A stretch of 58,854 nucleotides of DNA from an uncultured Bacilli bacterium (lineage in GTDB: Bacteria; Bacillota_I; Bacilli_A; RF39; UBA660), in the NCBI GenBank assembly GCA_944358775.1, contig CALVRU010000005.1:1-58854 (forward strand), given 5' to 3'. Made by a program: the position numbers and the translations under genes. This document shows positions 29,023 to 39,178 of this stretch, in pieces; the stretch's first letter is position 1; the number at the start of each line of letters is the position of its first letter. Under the pieces are notes generated by a model that saw only the letters and a program-made list of their open reading frames with translations, had not been told where the DNA came from and ran no database searches.

Positions 29023-30177
29023 TTACATTGCCTCTTGATATATTTTTAAAATGTCTTCTTGGGAAGTCTCCCGTGGATTGCCGCCCGTGCAGACATCTTG
29101 CAATGCTTTTTCACTTAATAACATTAAGTCTTCTTCTTTGACTCCAATTTCTTTTAAATGACGAGGAATTCCTAGTTGATCATTTAATTCGAAAACAGCA
29201 TTTACGATTTTTGCAATCGTTTCTTCGATTGTTAAGGCATTCATATCAAGTCCAAATGCCTCACCCATTTTAGCAAACTTTTCGGTACATACTTGACCAT
29301 TGTATTTTAATACATATGGTAATAGTACGGCATTGGCTAAACCATGTGGGGTATCATAAACCGCCCCTAATTGGTGAGCCATCGAATGAACGATTCCAAG
29401 TCCTACATTGGAAAATCCCATTCCGGCCGTATATTGGGCAATTCCCATATTATTGATCGCTTCATCGTCTTTTAAAAGAACTGCTTTGGTAATATTATGG
29501 TAAATTAAACGCATCGCTTCTAAGTGAAACATGTCACTCATCGACCATGCTGCTTTCGTAATGTATCCTTCCATTGCATGAGTTAGTGCATCCATACCCG
29601 TCCACGCAGCAATGTTTTTGGGCATTCCCTTCATAAGATCCGTATCGATAATCGCAAGTACCGGGATATCATGAGGATCCACACATACCATTTTTTTCGT
29701 ACGTTCTGGATCTGTTATCACATAGTTGATTGTTACTTCTGCAGCAGTACCGGCCGTTGTCGGTAAGGCAATAATGGGAAGTGATTTATTCTTGGTCGCA
29801 ACGACTCCATCTAGTGAAACGACATCACTATGTTCCGGATTCGTCATGATTATTCCGATCGCCTTTGCAGTATCGATTACACTGCCGCCACCGACCGCAA
29901 TAATACAATCCGCCAATGATTCCTGACATTTCATGATTCCTTCTTTTACTTCTTGAACAACCGGATTTGGTTTAACATTGGAAAAGATCTCATAAGGAAT
30001 TTGGTGCTTTTCTAATTCTTCGATTACTTTTGTCGCAACTTGTGCTTCGATTAAAGAACGATCTGTTACAACAAAAGCTTTCTTGTACTTTCGTATTTCA
30101 AATTCTTGACTAATTACTTCACGGGCATTTGGTCCAAAGTAGCTTGTCTCATTTAAAATCATTCTTTGTACACTCAT
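29023..30177 (-). CDS. fucO: Lactaldehyde reductase (Fe-containing alcohol dehydrogenase)
   Basis: RMILNETSYFG, GGGSVIDTAK, PTTAGTAAEVTINYVITD, DALTHA, HSMAH, PHG, DVCTGGNPR. Confidence 0.9.
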   Translation of the reverse strand: MSVQRMILNETSYFGPNAREVISQEFEIRKYKKAFVVTDRSLIEAQVATKVIEELEKHQIPYEIFSNVKPNPVVQEVKEGIMKCQESLADCIIAVGGGSVIDTAKAIGIIMTNPEHSDVVSLDGVVATKNKSLPIIALPTTAGTAAEVTINYVITDPERTKKMVCVDPHDIPVLAIIDTDLMKGMPKNIAAWTGMDALTHAMEGYITKAAWSMSDMFHLEAMRLIYHNITKAVLLKDDEAINNMGIAQYTAGMGFSNVGLGIVHSMAHQLGAVYDTPHGLANAVLLPYVLKYNGQVCTEKFAKMGEAFGLDMNALTIEETIAKIVNAVFELNDQLGIPRHLKEIGVKEEDLMLLSEKALQDVCTGGNPRETSQEDILKIYQEAM

Positions 30178-30289
30178 CTATCTAATCCTCCTATTATGAA
30201 ATAAGTATACCACTTTTTTGGATCATTCTAAAAGAAAATTCGATTAATTTACACAAATTTCGACAATTTATCAAAAAAAACGGCATTGT

Positions 30290-30487
30290 TTATATGCCGT
30301 TTAAATCTGTTTCCGATAGACCCGTATATTTGGTAATTAATTGAAAAGGAAATCCATCTTCTTTCATCTTTTTCGCCGTCTCTAATTTTCCTTGTTCCAG
30401 ACCTTCTTCTTTTCCTTGTTGTAAGCCTTCCTCTCGCGCCATCTTTAATTCATACCGTTTGATCGCTCGCTCTTCCGCTTCCTTCAT
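30290..30487 (-). pseudogene. Rpn/PD-(D/E)XK-transposase-family C-terminal fragment
   Basis: EEGLQQGKEEGLEQGK.ETAKKM...I.KYTGLS tail with no nuclease domain upstream. Confidence 0.7.
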
Positions 30488-30692
30488 TTGTTCTCTTTCG
30501 TATTCCGTAAATAACTCTCCATTCGATAAGTTGCAAACGAAAAACGGAAAGAGGTTCTATTCTCTTTCCATTTTAGCACAGATAAATTACTTCCTTCACT
30601 AGAAGTTATTTCCATTTTTCAATATGATGTCATTTTCATCGAATCTAATAAAATTAATTTATTATTTATCAAATAGTCAGGCACGGGAATTT

Positions 30693-31904
30693 TTATTTTA
30701 GCTTATTTATTATTTCTTGATGTTCTTCTGTCCCAATGTTCTCCTTTGAAAAAACTTGTTCTTGATCTAATTTATTTTTATATTTCAAAGTTAAAATTCG
30801 TTTTACCGATGTGTTAATTTGTTCTTCCTGAATAGTTCCTTCGGAAAGGGCTTCTTTGATTACCTTTAACGCATCTTTTGATTCCGGTGGCATTAGAATG
30901 ATATCGACTCCAGCATTGATTGCCATTGTACAAATTTCTTTTAGACTATAACGTTCACTTAAGGCTTTCATATCAATGGCATCGGTGATAACGATATTTT
31001 GATAATTTAATTCTTTTCTAAGAAAGTCGGTTACTATTTCTTTGGAAAGAGATGCCGGAATCATATTACCTGTTACATTTGGAAGAGCAATATGAGCTAC
31101 CATTACCATTTCGATTCCATCATCAATCGCCGCTTGAAATGGTAGAATTTCTTGTTGCCATAACTCTTCTTTCGTTTTTGTTACAACGGGAAGATCGTAA
31201 TGAGAATCCGTCATCGTATCTCCATGTCCTGGAAAATGTTTGACAACTGGAATCACGTGATTTTCCTTTAAGCCGCGCGCAAACGGAAGTGCCATCTTAA
31301 CAACGGTTGCCGCATCACTTCCAAAAGCACGATTTCCAATGACTGTATTTTCGGGATTGGAAAATATATCGACGCTTGGTGCAAAATCTAAATTAATACC
31401 AAATGGCGTTAGTTCTTCGGCTACTACTTTGCCCACTTGATACGATAATTCTTCATCATTTGTCTTTCCGACTTCATACATTGGAGGAATTTCTAATACG
31501 TTGGCATCTTCTAAATTCTTGATTCGCTGGACTTTTCCACCCTCTTGATCGATTCCAATTAGCATTGGAATATCAGCAGTTTTTTTCACTTGATCGACAA
31601 ATGCTTTTGTTTTTTCAAAAGTTGTCACATTCTCTTTAAATAAAATAAATCCACCTGGTTTTACTGCTTCTAAGTTGTTTTGAATCGTTTGATCAAAATT
31701 CGGATAACGATAAGAAATCATCAACATCTGACCTATTTTTTCATCGATGGTCATCTTTTCGAACGTTTCATTGACTTTTTTGGTAATTCGTTCCTCTTCG
31801 CTTAAACTACTCTCGTTATTCTCTTTATCTTCCGATGATTTGAAAGATAAAGAACACCCTGTAATACACAATAGTAACAACCCAAATAATAATATTTTTT
31901 TCAT
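30693..31904 (-). CDS. GH3 beta-N-acetylhexosaminidase (NagZ-like) lipoprotein
   Basis: Lipobox ITGC, DQEGG.VQR, KHFPGHGDT.TDSH, ITDA. Confidence 0.9.
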   Translation of the reverse strand: MKKILLFGLLLLCITGCSLSFKSSEDKENNESSLSEEERITKKVNETFEKMTIDEKIGQMLMISYRYPNFDQTIQNNLEAVKPGGFILFKENVTTFEKTKAFVDQVKKTADIPMLIGIDQEGGKVQRIKNLEDANVLEIPPMYEVGKTNDEELSYQVGKVVAEELTPFGINLDFAPSVDIFSNPENTVIGNRAFGSDAATVVKMALPFARGLKENHVIPVVKHFPGHGDTMTDSHYDLPVVTKTKEELWQQEILPFQAAIDDGIEMVMVAHIALPNVTGNMIPASLSKEIVTDFLRKELNYQNIVITDAIDMKALSERYSLKEICTMAINAGVDIILMPPESKDALKVIKEALSEGTIQEEQINTSVKRILTLKYKNKLDQEQVFSKENIGTEEHQEIINKLK

Positions 31905-32009
31905 ACTCTTATTCCTTTCGTAGCAAATAAAAAAGCTCCAAGAGAACTTCTTAGGCTCTCTTAAAGTATATCAAAGAATGATGATAATGGAAAGAACATC
32001 GACAACATT

Positions 32010-32732
32010 TTACATCTTATTCATAATTCTACCTAGTCGACTATGAAAAACTAAATCGGCTTTCTTATCATAAGGTGTCTTCTCTTGATTGATTAATACG
32101 ATATGGTCACCTTGAAAAAAATCAATCAAAGTACAGGCAGGATATACACTTAAAGATGTTCCCGCAATGATAAGTAGATCTGCTTCTTGCATTTTTTGAA
32201 TCGCTAATGCGACTACTTTTTCATCCAGTGCTTCTTCATAAAGAACGACATTTGGCTTGATGATTCCACCACAGGAGCAAGTAGGAATCCTCTCGGCACA
32301 ATCAAACACTTTTTCACAGGGATAAGTTCGTTGACATTTTCCACAATTATTTTGATAAATGCTTCCGTGTAGCTCCAATACCATAGTACTTCCTGCTTTC
32401 TGATGCAGGCCATCGATGTTTTGCGTAATAATCGTTACGTCTTTTTCTTTTTCCCATTCTTTCAATTTCCGATGTGTTTCATTACAAGAGGCATTACGGC
32501 TATCCATCTTTTCCTTATAAAACTGAAAAAATTGATACGGATGTAACTGAAAAAAGGAATGCGATAAGATTCGTTCTGGGGGAAAATTTCCCTTTTCTTG
32601 ATAAATTCCATCTTTACTCCGAAAATCTTTGATGCCACTTTCGGTCGAAACACCGGCGCCTCCAAAAAAGACAATCTTTTTCGCTTGTCGATAATAATCT
32701 TGAAAAACTTTTATTTTTTCATTCTCCGTCAT
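32010..32732 (-). CDS. cobB: NAD-dependent protein deacylase (sirtuin)
   Basis: GAGVSTESGI.DFRS, TQNIDGLH, HGS, Zn-binding Cys, GTSL.VYP. Confidence 0.93.
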   Translation of the reverse strand: MTENEKIKVFQDYYRQAKKIVFFGGAGVSTESGIKDFRSKDGIYQEKGNFPPERILSHSFFQLHPYQFFQFYKEKMDSRNASCNETHRKLKEWEKEKDVTIITQNIDGLHQKAGSTMVLELHGSIYQNNCGKCQRTYPCEKVFDCAERIPTCSCGGIIKPNVVLYEEALDEKVVALAIQKMQEADLLIIAGTSLSVYPACTLIDFFQGDHIVLINQEKTPYDKKADLVFHSRLGRIMNKM

Positions 32733-33549
32733 TTTGATCGTAGTCCTCTAAAAAGTGATGGTACTTCTCTTTTTTATGATAAGAGATTAACGTATCTAAA
32801 TTGACATTTTCGACACTGCGGAAAATATTCATTTCAATATAGGAACTTTTCTTTTTTAAATCCTTAATTAATTGCTTGATCTCCGCACGTTTCGATTCTA
32901 TTTGATTCTTATCCACTGCTTCGGTAAAACGACAGGCGCAATTTAAAAATTTCAAATCGTATGCTTTTTGCCAAGATATAATGTCTTCTTCGTGAACTAA
33001 ATACATCGGGCGAATCAGCTCCATACCTTCAAAATTTTCACTATGTAGTTTCGGCATCATCGTTCGGAATTCACCACCATACAACGTACTCATCAAAATG
33101 GTTTCAATGACATCATTGAAGTGATGGCCTAGAGCAATTTTATTACAACCTAAATCTTTCGCGCGATGATATAAATGGCCTCTTCGCATGCGGGCACACA
33201 AGTAACATGGCGAATCTTTTACTTGGGTAACGGAAGCGAAAATATTAGTCTGAAAGACTTCTAAAGGAATCTCTAGTTTCTTAGCATTTTCTAAAATCAA
33301 TTGATAATTTTCTTCTTTATAGCCAGGATCCATCGTCAAAAAAACTAAATCGAATTTTACTTTGCCATGCTTTTGAATTTCTTGCATGCATTTTGCCATT
33401 AAAAAGGAATCTTTTCCGCCGGAAATACAGACGGCAATCTTATCGTTTTCTTGAATCAATTCATAATCGCGAACCGCCTTGGCAAAGGGAGACCAAATTC
33501 TTTTACGAAAACGGGTAATTAAATCGTGTTCTATCTCTTTATTTTGCAT
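32719..33549 (-). CDS. ttcA: TtcA-family tRNA 2-thiocytidine biosynthesis protein
   Basis: PP-loop SGGKDS, PCYLCARMRRG.LY, ALGHH..D, IRPM. Confidence 0.85.
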   Translation of the reverse strand: MQNKEIEHDLITRFRKRIWSPFAKAVRDYELIQENDKIAVCISGGKDSFLMAKCMQEIQKHGKVKFDLVFLTMDPGYKEENYQLILENAKKLEIPLEVFQTNIFASVTQVKDSPCYLCARMRRGHLYHRAKDLGCNKIALGHHFNDVIETILMSTLYGGEFRTMMPKLHSENFEGMELIRPMYLVHEEDIISWQKAYDLKFLNCACRFTEAVDKNQIESKRAEIKQLIKDLKKKSSYIEMNIFRSVENVNLDTLISYHKKEKYHHFLEDYDQNDGE

Positions 33550-34138
33550 AGGTTTTTTTTCTTTCCTTTACTGATAAGAAAATAATAATTCCAATAATCA
33601 CCACTAAGATTCCTAACAACGTATAAGTGATTACTTGTTTTTGATCTTGATTGGAAGCACTCTCACCCGCACCACCAGCAGTATAGGCATTTTCTTCTTC
33701 CGTAGTGGGATCCATCGTCGCAGTTGGGGTTGGACTTGACGTTGAGACTGGCGTTTCACTTTGATTGATATCGATCAAAGTAGATGTTACATCTGGTCCC
33801 GGATTTTGAATAGCCGCTTCGATATCTTCTTGAATCGACGTACTAAAACCTAAAAATGCTTGATCTCCGACGACCGTAAAAGGAACTCCTCCTTTACTGT
33901 TGAAATGTTCTTTAACAATTTCCATCTTACGATTATTTTCCGTATTATACCATACTTCATACATATGAATATTGACGCTATATTTCGTTTTTATTTCTTC
34001 TAAAAACTCCATCTCTTCACTACAATGAGGACATCCATCACCATGAAAAAAATAGATATCGACTACTTCTTCGGCTTTGGCATGAAGTGGAATAAATAAC
34101 AATAATGCTACACTTAAAATAAAGACCAATTTTTTCAT
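33539..34138 (-). CDS. Membrane-anchored thioredoxin/glutaredoxin-like protein
   Basis: Signal peptide, CPHC, GVPF, S/T/P linker, C-terminal TM. Confidence 0.85.
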   Translation of the reverse strand: MKKLVFILSVALLLFIPLHAKAEEVVDIYFFHGDGCPHCSEEMEFLEEIKTKYSVNIHMYEVWYNTENNRKMEIVKEHFNSKGGVPFTVVGDQAFLGFSTSIQEDIEAAIQNPGPDVTSTLIDINQSETPVSTSSPTPTATMDPTTEEENAYTAGGAGESASNQDQKQVITYTLLGILVVIIGIIIFLSVKERKKTYAK

Positions 34139-34218
34139 TTTATCACCACTTTTTTATTATAACATAGACTGTTCTTTTCTAAAATGAAAAATCCTTTTGC
34201 AAGGATTTTACTTATCAA

Positions 34219-34295
34219 TGGTCGGAAGGACGAGATTTGAACTCGCAACCTCTTGGACCCGAACCAAGTGCTCTACCAAGTTAAGCTACCTTCCG
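34219..34295 (-). tRNA. tRNA-Pro(CGG)
   Basis: Anticodon arm CTTGG-TTCGGGT-CCAAG, CCA end. Confidence 0.95.
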
Positions 34296-34332
34296 AAGCA
34301 AAAATAAAAGCTGAAATTATTATATCACGTTT

Positions 34333-35571
34333 TTATTTAATTTCCACTTCTTTATGCTCAATTTTTTCCCAAACTCGTTCTTTCATGAATAATGCCCGAA
34401 TTGCACAAGAAATATAAGTTACTAAGAAAAAGGGATGTAATAGTAATGCTTTCCATTTGGCATAATCTTTTAAATTCAGTTTTTTCTCTTTGATGATAAT
34501 CACCAATGTTACCAAATATAGAATCACATAAGCGAATAAACACATTCCGATTAGGTTGATTACAAATAACCATTTTAATTGGGTCGAAGGATTTACGAAT
34601 ACTTCGATGACATTGATTAGTAACCATAGAATAAGACCTATTACCATCAAAATATAAGGAATTACTCCTAACACTTCTGCTTTCTTCGAACCGATATTTC
34701 GATCGTTTTGGTGAATCGAGTGCCGGATTTGAGGAACGTAAATTTTCCTGGCATCGAAGTATCCTCGAATCCAACGGGTTCGTTGAACACGCGATTGATG
34801 ATAGGTCGTCGGCTGTTCATCGTAATAACAGGCTTCTTCATTATAATAGGTTTTATAACCATTTAAAATAGAATAGAGCGTCAATTCATAGTCTTCGGTC
34901 AACGTATGGAAAGGAAAGCCTTGCCATTTCGATACGATATCACCTTTAATAAAATAACCCGTTCCCGAAATAATTACATTCGCTTGATATTTGATTCTTT
35001 TCCGATTCATAATCGTATTTAATAAAGAAAAAGTCAACGTAGAACAACTGGCAATCCAATTGCTATTTCCATTTTTACAGTTGCGATAACCGATACCGAT
35101 ATCGTACCCTTGACGATATGTTTTTTCCATTTCCATTATAAAATTTTTATCTAAGATATTATCGGCATCAAAAATGAAATACGCATCATACTTTTGATGA
35201 TTGGCAAAAATGGCTGTAAGTGCTTCTTGTAATGCATATCCTTTTCCTTTCTGATCGAGGTGCCTGCGCACGATTACTTGTGCCTGATATTTCTTTGCAA
35301 TAGCAATCGTCGGATCGTTTTCTTGTTCGACAATTACATAGACGTCTTGCATCGATACCGAACGGGTTTGTCCAGCGATGCTTTCTAATAATCCGGAAAT
35401 GACCCGCGACTCATCCCGAGCTGGAATCAATACCGCAAAACGAGGATGGTCGTTCGAAATGGGAATTGTTGGATTATTGTTTTTCTTCGTATAATGAATT
35501 CCAAACAAAAACACAATAAAACCACTGATTAAAAATAAGAGACTAATACTACTAGCAATGAAAAACAACAT
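34333..35571 (-). CDS. Glycosyltransferase family 2, membrane-bound
   Basis: IPARDE, GKG.AL, FDAD, TED, QRTRW. Confidence 0.92.
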   Translation of the reverse strand: MLFFIASSISLLFLISGFIVFLFGIHYTKKNNNPTIPISNDHPRFAVLIPARDESRVISGLLESIAGQTRSVSMQDVYVIVEQENDPTIAIAKKYQAQVIVRRHLDQKGKGYALQEALTAIFANHQKYDAYFIFDADNILDKNFIMEMEKTYRQGYDIGIGYRNCKNGNSNWIASCSTLTFSLLNTIMNRKRIKYQANVIISGTGYFIKGDIVSKWQGFPFHTLTEDYELTLYSILNGYKTYYNEEACYYDEQPTTYHQSRVQRTRWIRGYFDARKIYVPQIRHSIHQNDRNIGSKKAEVLGVIPYILMVIGLILWLLINVIEVFVNPSTQLKWLFVINLIGMCLFAYVILYLVTLVIIIKEKKLNLKDYAKWKALLLHPFFLVTYISCAIRALFMKERVWEKIEHKEVEIK

Positions 35572-35582
35572 ACTTTCTCCTC

Positions 35583-36254
35583 CTATTTAGCAACCATATT
35601 CGGATAAAACTTTTCTAAGAATTCATCCGGATAATGACGATCGAAAAATTCACCGACAACGGTATAAGCAGGCACATTATTTCGTCTTAAATTTTGACGA
35701 ATGAGAGCCGACCATGAAATCAACATATCGAAACTCAATAAAATAGCACAAATGATTGTCACGGTCACCCCAATATGATATGGTGTTTTTTCGATCCATT
35801 TCGATAACCACGGATAAATCCATTGAATAAATACAAGGGTCAAAATTCCCCAAAAAATCATAATGGGAATCGTCGTACGACCATTAATATTTAAAAATTG
35901 TTTCGAATAATCCCATGAAATCGTTCCGATAAATGTTTCTTGTAAGAAACTAATTAAATATTCAAAACCTCCTCCTAATAAAGCACCATACAAAAATGTT
36001 TTTGACCACGGTCTCGACTTTCTTGCTAATAAAGCGGTTAAAAGAACTGCTCCTGCCCCATAAATTGGACTAAATGGCCCATATACTACACCACGTCGAA
36101 GCTCCCAAATAAATGTTCCCGTTTTTAAAAACACTTTGACACAATTTAAAATTTCCTCATAATATGCTCCGAAGACACACCCAATTACGAAAATCCAAAA
36201 TAATTTATAAAAACAAATACCTTGGGCAAATACTTTGGTATTTTTCTTTTTCAT
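35583..36254 (-). CDS. Putative ABC-transporter-permease-like membrane protein (CmpB/TMEM229 type)
   Basis: RG..YGPF.PIYG.G, EY, WDYS...NINGR. Confidence 0.82.
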   Translation of the reverse strand: MKKKNTKVFAQGICFYKLFWIFVIGCVFGAYYEEILNCVKVFLKTGTFIWELRRGVVYGPFSPIYGAGAVLLTALLARKSRPWSKTFLYGALLGGGFEYLISFLQETFIGTISWDYSKQFLNINGRTTIPIMIFWGILTLVFIQWIYPWLSKWIEKTPYHIGVTVTIICAILLSFDMLISWSALIRQNLRRNNVPAYTVVGEFFDRHYPDEFLEKFYPNMVAK

Positions 36255-36414
36255 ACTACATACTCCCATTTTTAGTTTGATAATCCTATTATACCTTTAT
36301 TTACAAATTTCTACAATAGGTTATGTTCGGACCTTTCGAGAAGTGTCATATTTTCGTCTTTTTTCTTTTTCCTTTCATATAATAAATTGTACTGATATAT
36401 ACGGGAGGAACATT

Positions 36415-37539
36415 ATGGATATTTATGTCGTGAAAAAAGGAGATACTCTTTATCGAATCGCACGGGAATTCGGGCTTTCAGTCAATCAGTTGATCGAAAT
36501 TAATCAACTGTCTAATCCGGATCGGTTGATAGTCGGGCAATCATTAATTATCCCTGTACGTAGACAGCCTGATATTTTAGTAAATGGCTATACTTATCCC
36601 AATATCAATCGTACTACTCTTCGTAATACTTTACCCTATTTAACTTATCTTAGTATCTTTAGTTATCAAGTGACACCCCGTGGAACGTTACGTCCGATTA
36701 ATGATGAAGCCTTGATCGAAGAAGCTTTAAATCAGCAAGTTGCACCGATGTTAGTAGTCACGAATATCGGTGAGAGTGGTCGTTTTGAAAGTGATTTGGC
36801 ACATCTTATTTTTAATGATATGGCGGTTCAAGATCAATTAGTTGAGTCGATTTTAAAGGTTCTACAAGAAAAAAATTATTATGGCGTGGACTTGGATTTC
36901 GAATATGTCTATCCGATGGATCGAGCTTTATACAATCGGTTTCTGAAACGCATGGCTGATACCCTTCATCCCCTCGGTTACACTTTAACGACTGCTTTAG
37001 CACCCAAAGTTCGCTATGATCAGCCTGGCATTTTATATGAAGCACATGATTACTATGCCCATGGTAAATATGCCGATCATGTAATATTAATGACTTATGA
37101 ATGGGGATATCGATATGGACCACCGATGGCAGTAGCCCCTATCAACCAAGTCGAGCGAGTTTTAAATTATGCCCTTACTGTTATTCCAAGTGAAAAAATT
37201 TTAATGGGCATTCCAAACTATGGATACGATTGGACACTCCCTTATCAAGAAGGAACGGCCGCGAATTCGATCTCCAATACCCAAGCTTTGGAACTAGCAA
37301 TTCAAAAAGGCGCCGAAATTCAATTTGATTCCGTCAGTCAATCTCCTTATTTTTATTATAAAGACAACGACCAGAATTTGCACGTTGTCTGGTTTGAAGA
37401 TGCCAGAAGTATTCAGGCAAAGCTTAATCTAGTCGACAAATATAAACTCGGTGGGATTAGTTTCTGGACGATCATGAATTATTTTCCACAAGGATATTGG
37501 ATACTAGATCATCAATTTACCGTTCAAAAATTAGTTTAA
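36415..37539 (+). CDS. LysM + GH18 spore cortex/germination hydrolase (YaaH/SleL-like)
   Basis: LysM YVVKKGDTL, DLDFE, LMTYEWG, GIPNYGYDW; start moved to ATG after GGGAGG. Confidence 0.9.
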   Translation: MDIYVVKKGDTLYRIAREFGLSVNQLIEINQLSNPDRLIVGQSLIIPVRRQPDILVNGYTYPNINRTTLRNTLPYLTYLSIFSYQVTPRGTLRPINDEALIEEALNQQVAPMLVVTNIGESGRFESDLAHLIFNDMAVQDQLVESILKVLQEKNYYGVDLDFEYVYPMDRALYNRFLKRMADTLHPLGYTLTTALAPKVRYDQPGILYEAHDYYAHGKYADHVILMTYEWGYRYGPPMAVAPINQVERVLNYALTVIPSEKILMGIPNYGYDWTLPYQEGTAANSISNTQALELAIQKGAEIQFDSVSQSPYFYYKDNDQNLHVVWFEDARSIQAKLNLVDKYKLGGISFWTIMNYFPQGYWILDHQFTVQKLV

Positions 37540-37571
37540 AAAAGTTTACTTTGAAAAGTAAACTTTTTTCA

Positions 37572-38588
37572 TTATTTCATTTTTTTATAAAATTGACTAC
37601 CTACTTCTTCGGTTTGTCGTTGCATTGATCCTTCATAAGTCGTAGTAATCTCACCTTCCGGAGTAAAATAATAAATTTGACAGCATTTCATGTTGGGAAA
37701 GATGCGAATTGGAATACTAGTACGAATTCCCATATGCCAATATCCTTCGTAGCCGATAGATCCCATTCCTCCAGAACAGTGAACATGATATCCTAAGCGT
37801 CCTAACGAACTACGACCACTTAACATCGGAATCAAATTTTGGGTAGTAGTCCATTCATTGGTTCTGGCAACATACATTTTATCTGGATATAAGATGGTAC
37901 CTTGATCTGAGATGGTCATTGTCTCCATTGGGTTCTTTCGCTTTAAATCCAAAATCGGTTCTTTGTAATAACTAATCTCTTTGTATAACGTGAGATTTAC
38001 AGAGTTTGGATTGATTACCACTTGATCCAGTGGGGTAATCGAAATGTCCTTTTGTTGAATTCGTCGTTTGATTTCTTCGCCACTTAACATACCGATCGTA
38101 TCGCTTTTGGTATCGAGGCTACGAAAAAAAGTGAGATTTCCGATTTCGATATTGGGGTAAATAATCGTCGGTTTGGTAGCGACAATACTTAATAATAAAT
38201 TCCCTTCAAAATGATCTTCCAAGTATCCACTCGTCAATTCGATACTGATGCCTAATAAAGATAAGGAAGTGCGACCATTGATCACTGGCACATAACCGTC
38301 TGTCATGATATGTTCTTTTGTCTTGGCAAGGTATACTTTTCTGGGCTCGAGTAACAATCCGGAAGATGGAATCGAAACTTTATGTAATGTTTGTAATTTA
38401 TCTGAAGTCAATTCACGTAAATAAGCATTTTTGTGTTTGGTATCGACAATCGTATAGTCAAAGGTATAAAGATCGCTGCCAATGCTTACGGTGGCACTAT
38501 TGGGTTTTGTTAGGGTATTTTCATTACAGGGATCGATTAAAATAGTTCCCTCTTTGATTTGTCTTTGAATTTCGTGAAGTGTAAGCAT
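37572..38588 (-). CDS. Tandem two-domain dCTP deaminase-like protein
   Basis: Two Dcd-fold repeats, the second starting MLSGEEI at 38090; domain 2 has NPNSVNL, GRSSLGRLG, CQIYY; start at ATG 38588 after AAGGAG. Confidence 0.85.
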   Translation of the reverse strand: MLTLHEIQRQIKEGTILIDPCNENTLTKPNSATVSIGSDLYTFDYTIVDTKHKNAYLRELTSDKLQTLHKVSIPSSGLLLEPRKVYLAKTKEHIMTDGYVPVINGRTSLSLLGISIELTSGYLEDHFEGNLLLSIVATKPTIIYPNIEIGNLTFFRSLDTKSDTIGMLSGEEIKRRIQQKDISITPLDQVVINPNSVNLTLYKEISYYKEPILDLKRKNPMETMTISDQGTILYPDKMYVARTNEWTTTQNLIPMLSGRSSLGRLGYHVHCSGGMGSIGYEGYWHMGIRTSIPIRIFPNMKCCQIYYFTPEGEITTTYEGSMQRQTEEVGSQFYKKMK

Positions 38589-38589
38589 A

Positions 38590-39117
38590 TTATTTCTCCT
38601 TCCTTTTGACGTATTCTTTGGCAAGACGTGATTCGGTTGGATCGATCTGACCAAAGTATTTACCGCGATATTTGATCTTATCATCGCCGATCAATGGATA
38701 ATAATAAACACGGCCGATTTCCATATTTGGATAGATGACCGTCGGATTTGAGCAAATAATTTCGAGAGTCCATGTTCCTTCAAAACCGTTATCTCCAAAA
38801 CCGGCAGTAATATGAATTTCCATTCCGAGGGTGGCGAGTTCTAATAGACCCGATAAAACTGGTACATATCCATCTGTTTTGGTATATTCATTCGTACTAC
38901 CTAAATATAATTTATTGGGTTCCAAAATGAAGCCTGTTTCGGGAATTAAAATAGTTTGACTGGGATTGGGACTGGTCGTCTCTAACAACGGTGTTTCATA
39001 TGTTTTTAACATGTTACTTAGGGTAACTGTAATATAGTTTTCGCCTATTTTGTCTTGACTCGAATCGACATAGATTCCTTGTGAAAGCCCTTCTTTTATT
39101 CCGTTTTTATTTAGCAT
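38590..39117 (-). CDS. dCTP deaminase-like protein (single domain)
   Basis: LEPNKLYLG.T.E, HITAGFGD.GFEG.WTLEI, YRGKY; the RSS motif is absent. Confidence 0.88.
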   Translation of the reverse strand: MLNKNGIKEGLSQGIYVDSSQDKIGENYITVTLSNMLKTYETPLLETTSPNPSQTILIPETGFILEPNKLYLGSTNEYTKTDGYVPVLSGLLELATLGMEIHITAGFGDNGFEGTWTLEIICSNPTVIYPNMEIGRVYYYPLIGDDKIKYRGKYFGQIDPTESRLAKEYVKRKEK

Positions 39118-39178
39118 ACTACTTCTCCTTTTTTATCCAAAAAAATAACCCCCATAAAAAGGGGGGGTAATTAATCGA

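Noticed and set aside
36235-36414. N-terminal extension of the LysM-GH18 ORF (also the 38684 start of the tandem Dcd and the 51288 start of spmB)
   Set aside because: These extensions overlap neighbouring genes, and better RBS-ATG starts lie downstream.
37572-39117. Dcd pair as the known anti-phage dCTP deaminase system
   Set aside because: That system uses a zinc-dependent CDA-fold deaminase with a kinase-like domain; these proteins are dUTPase-fold and lack the HxE/PCxxC motif.
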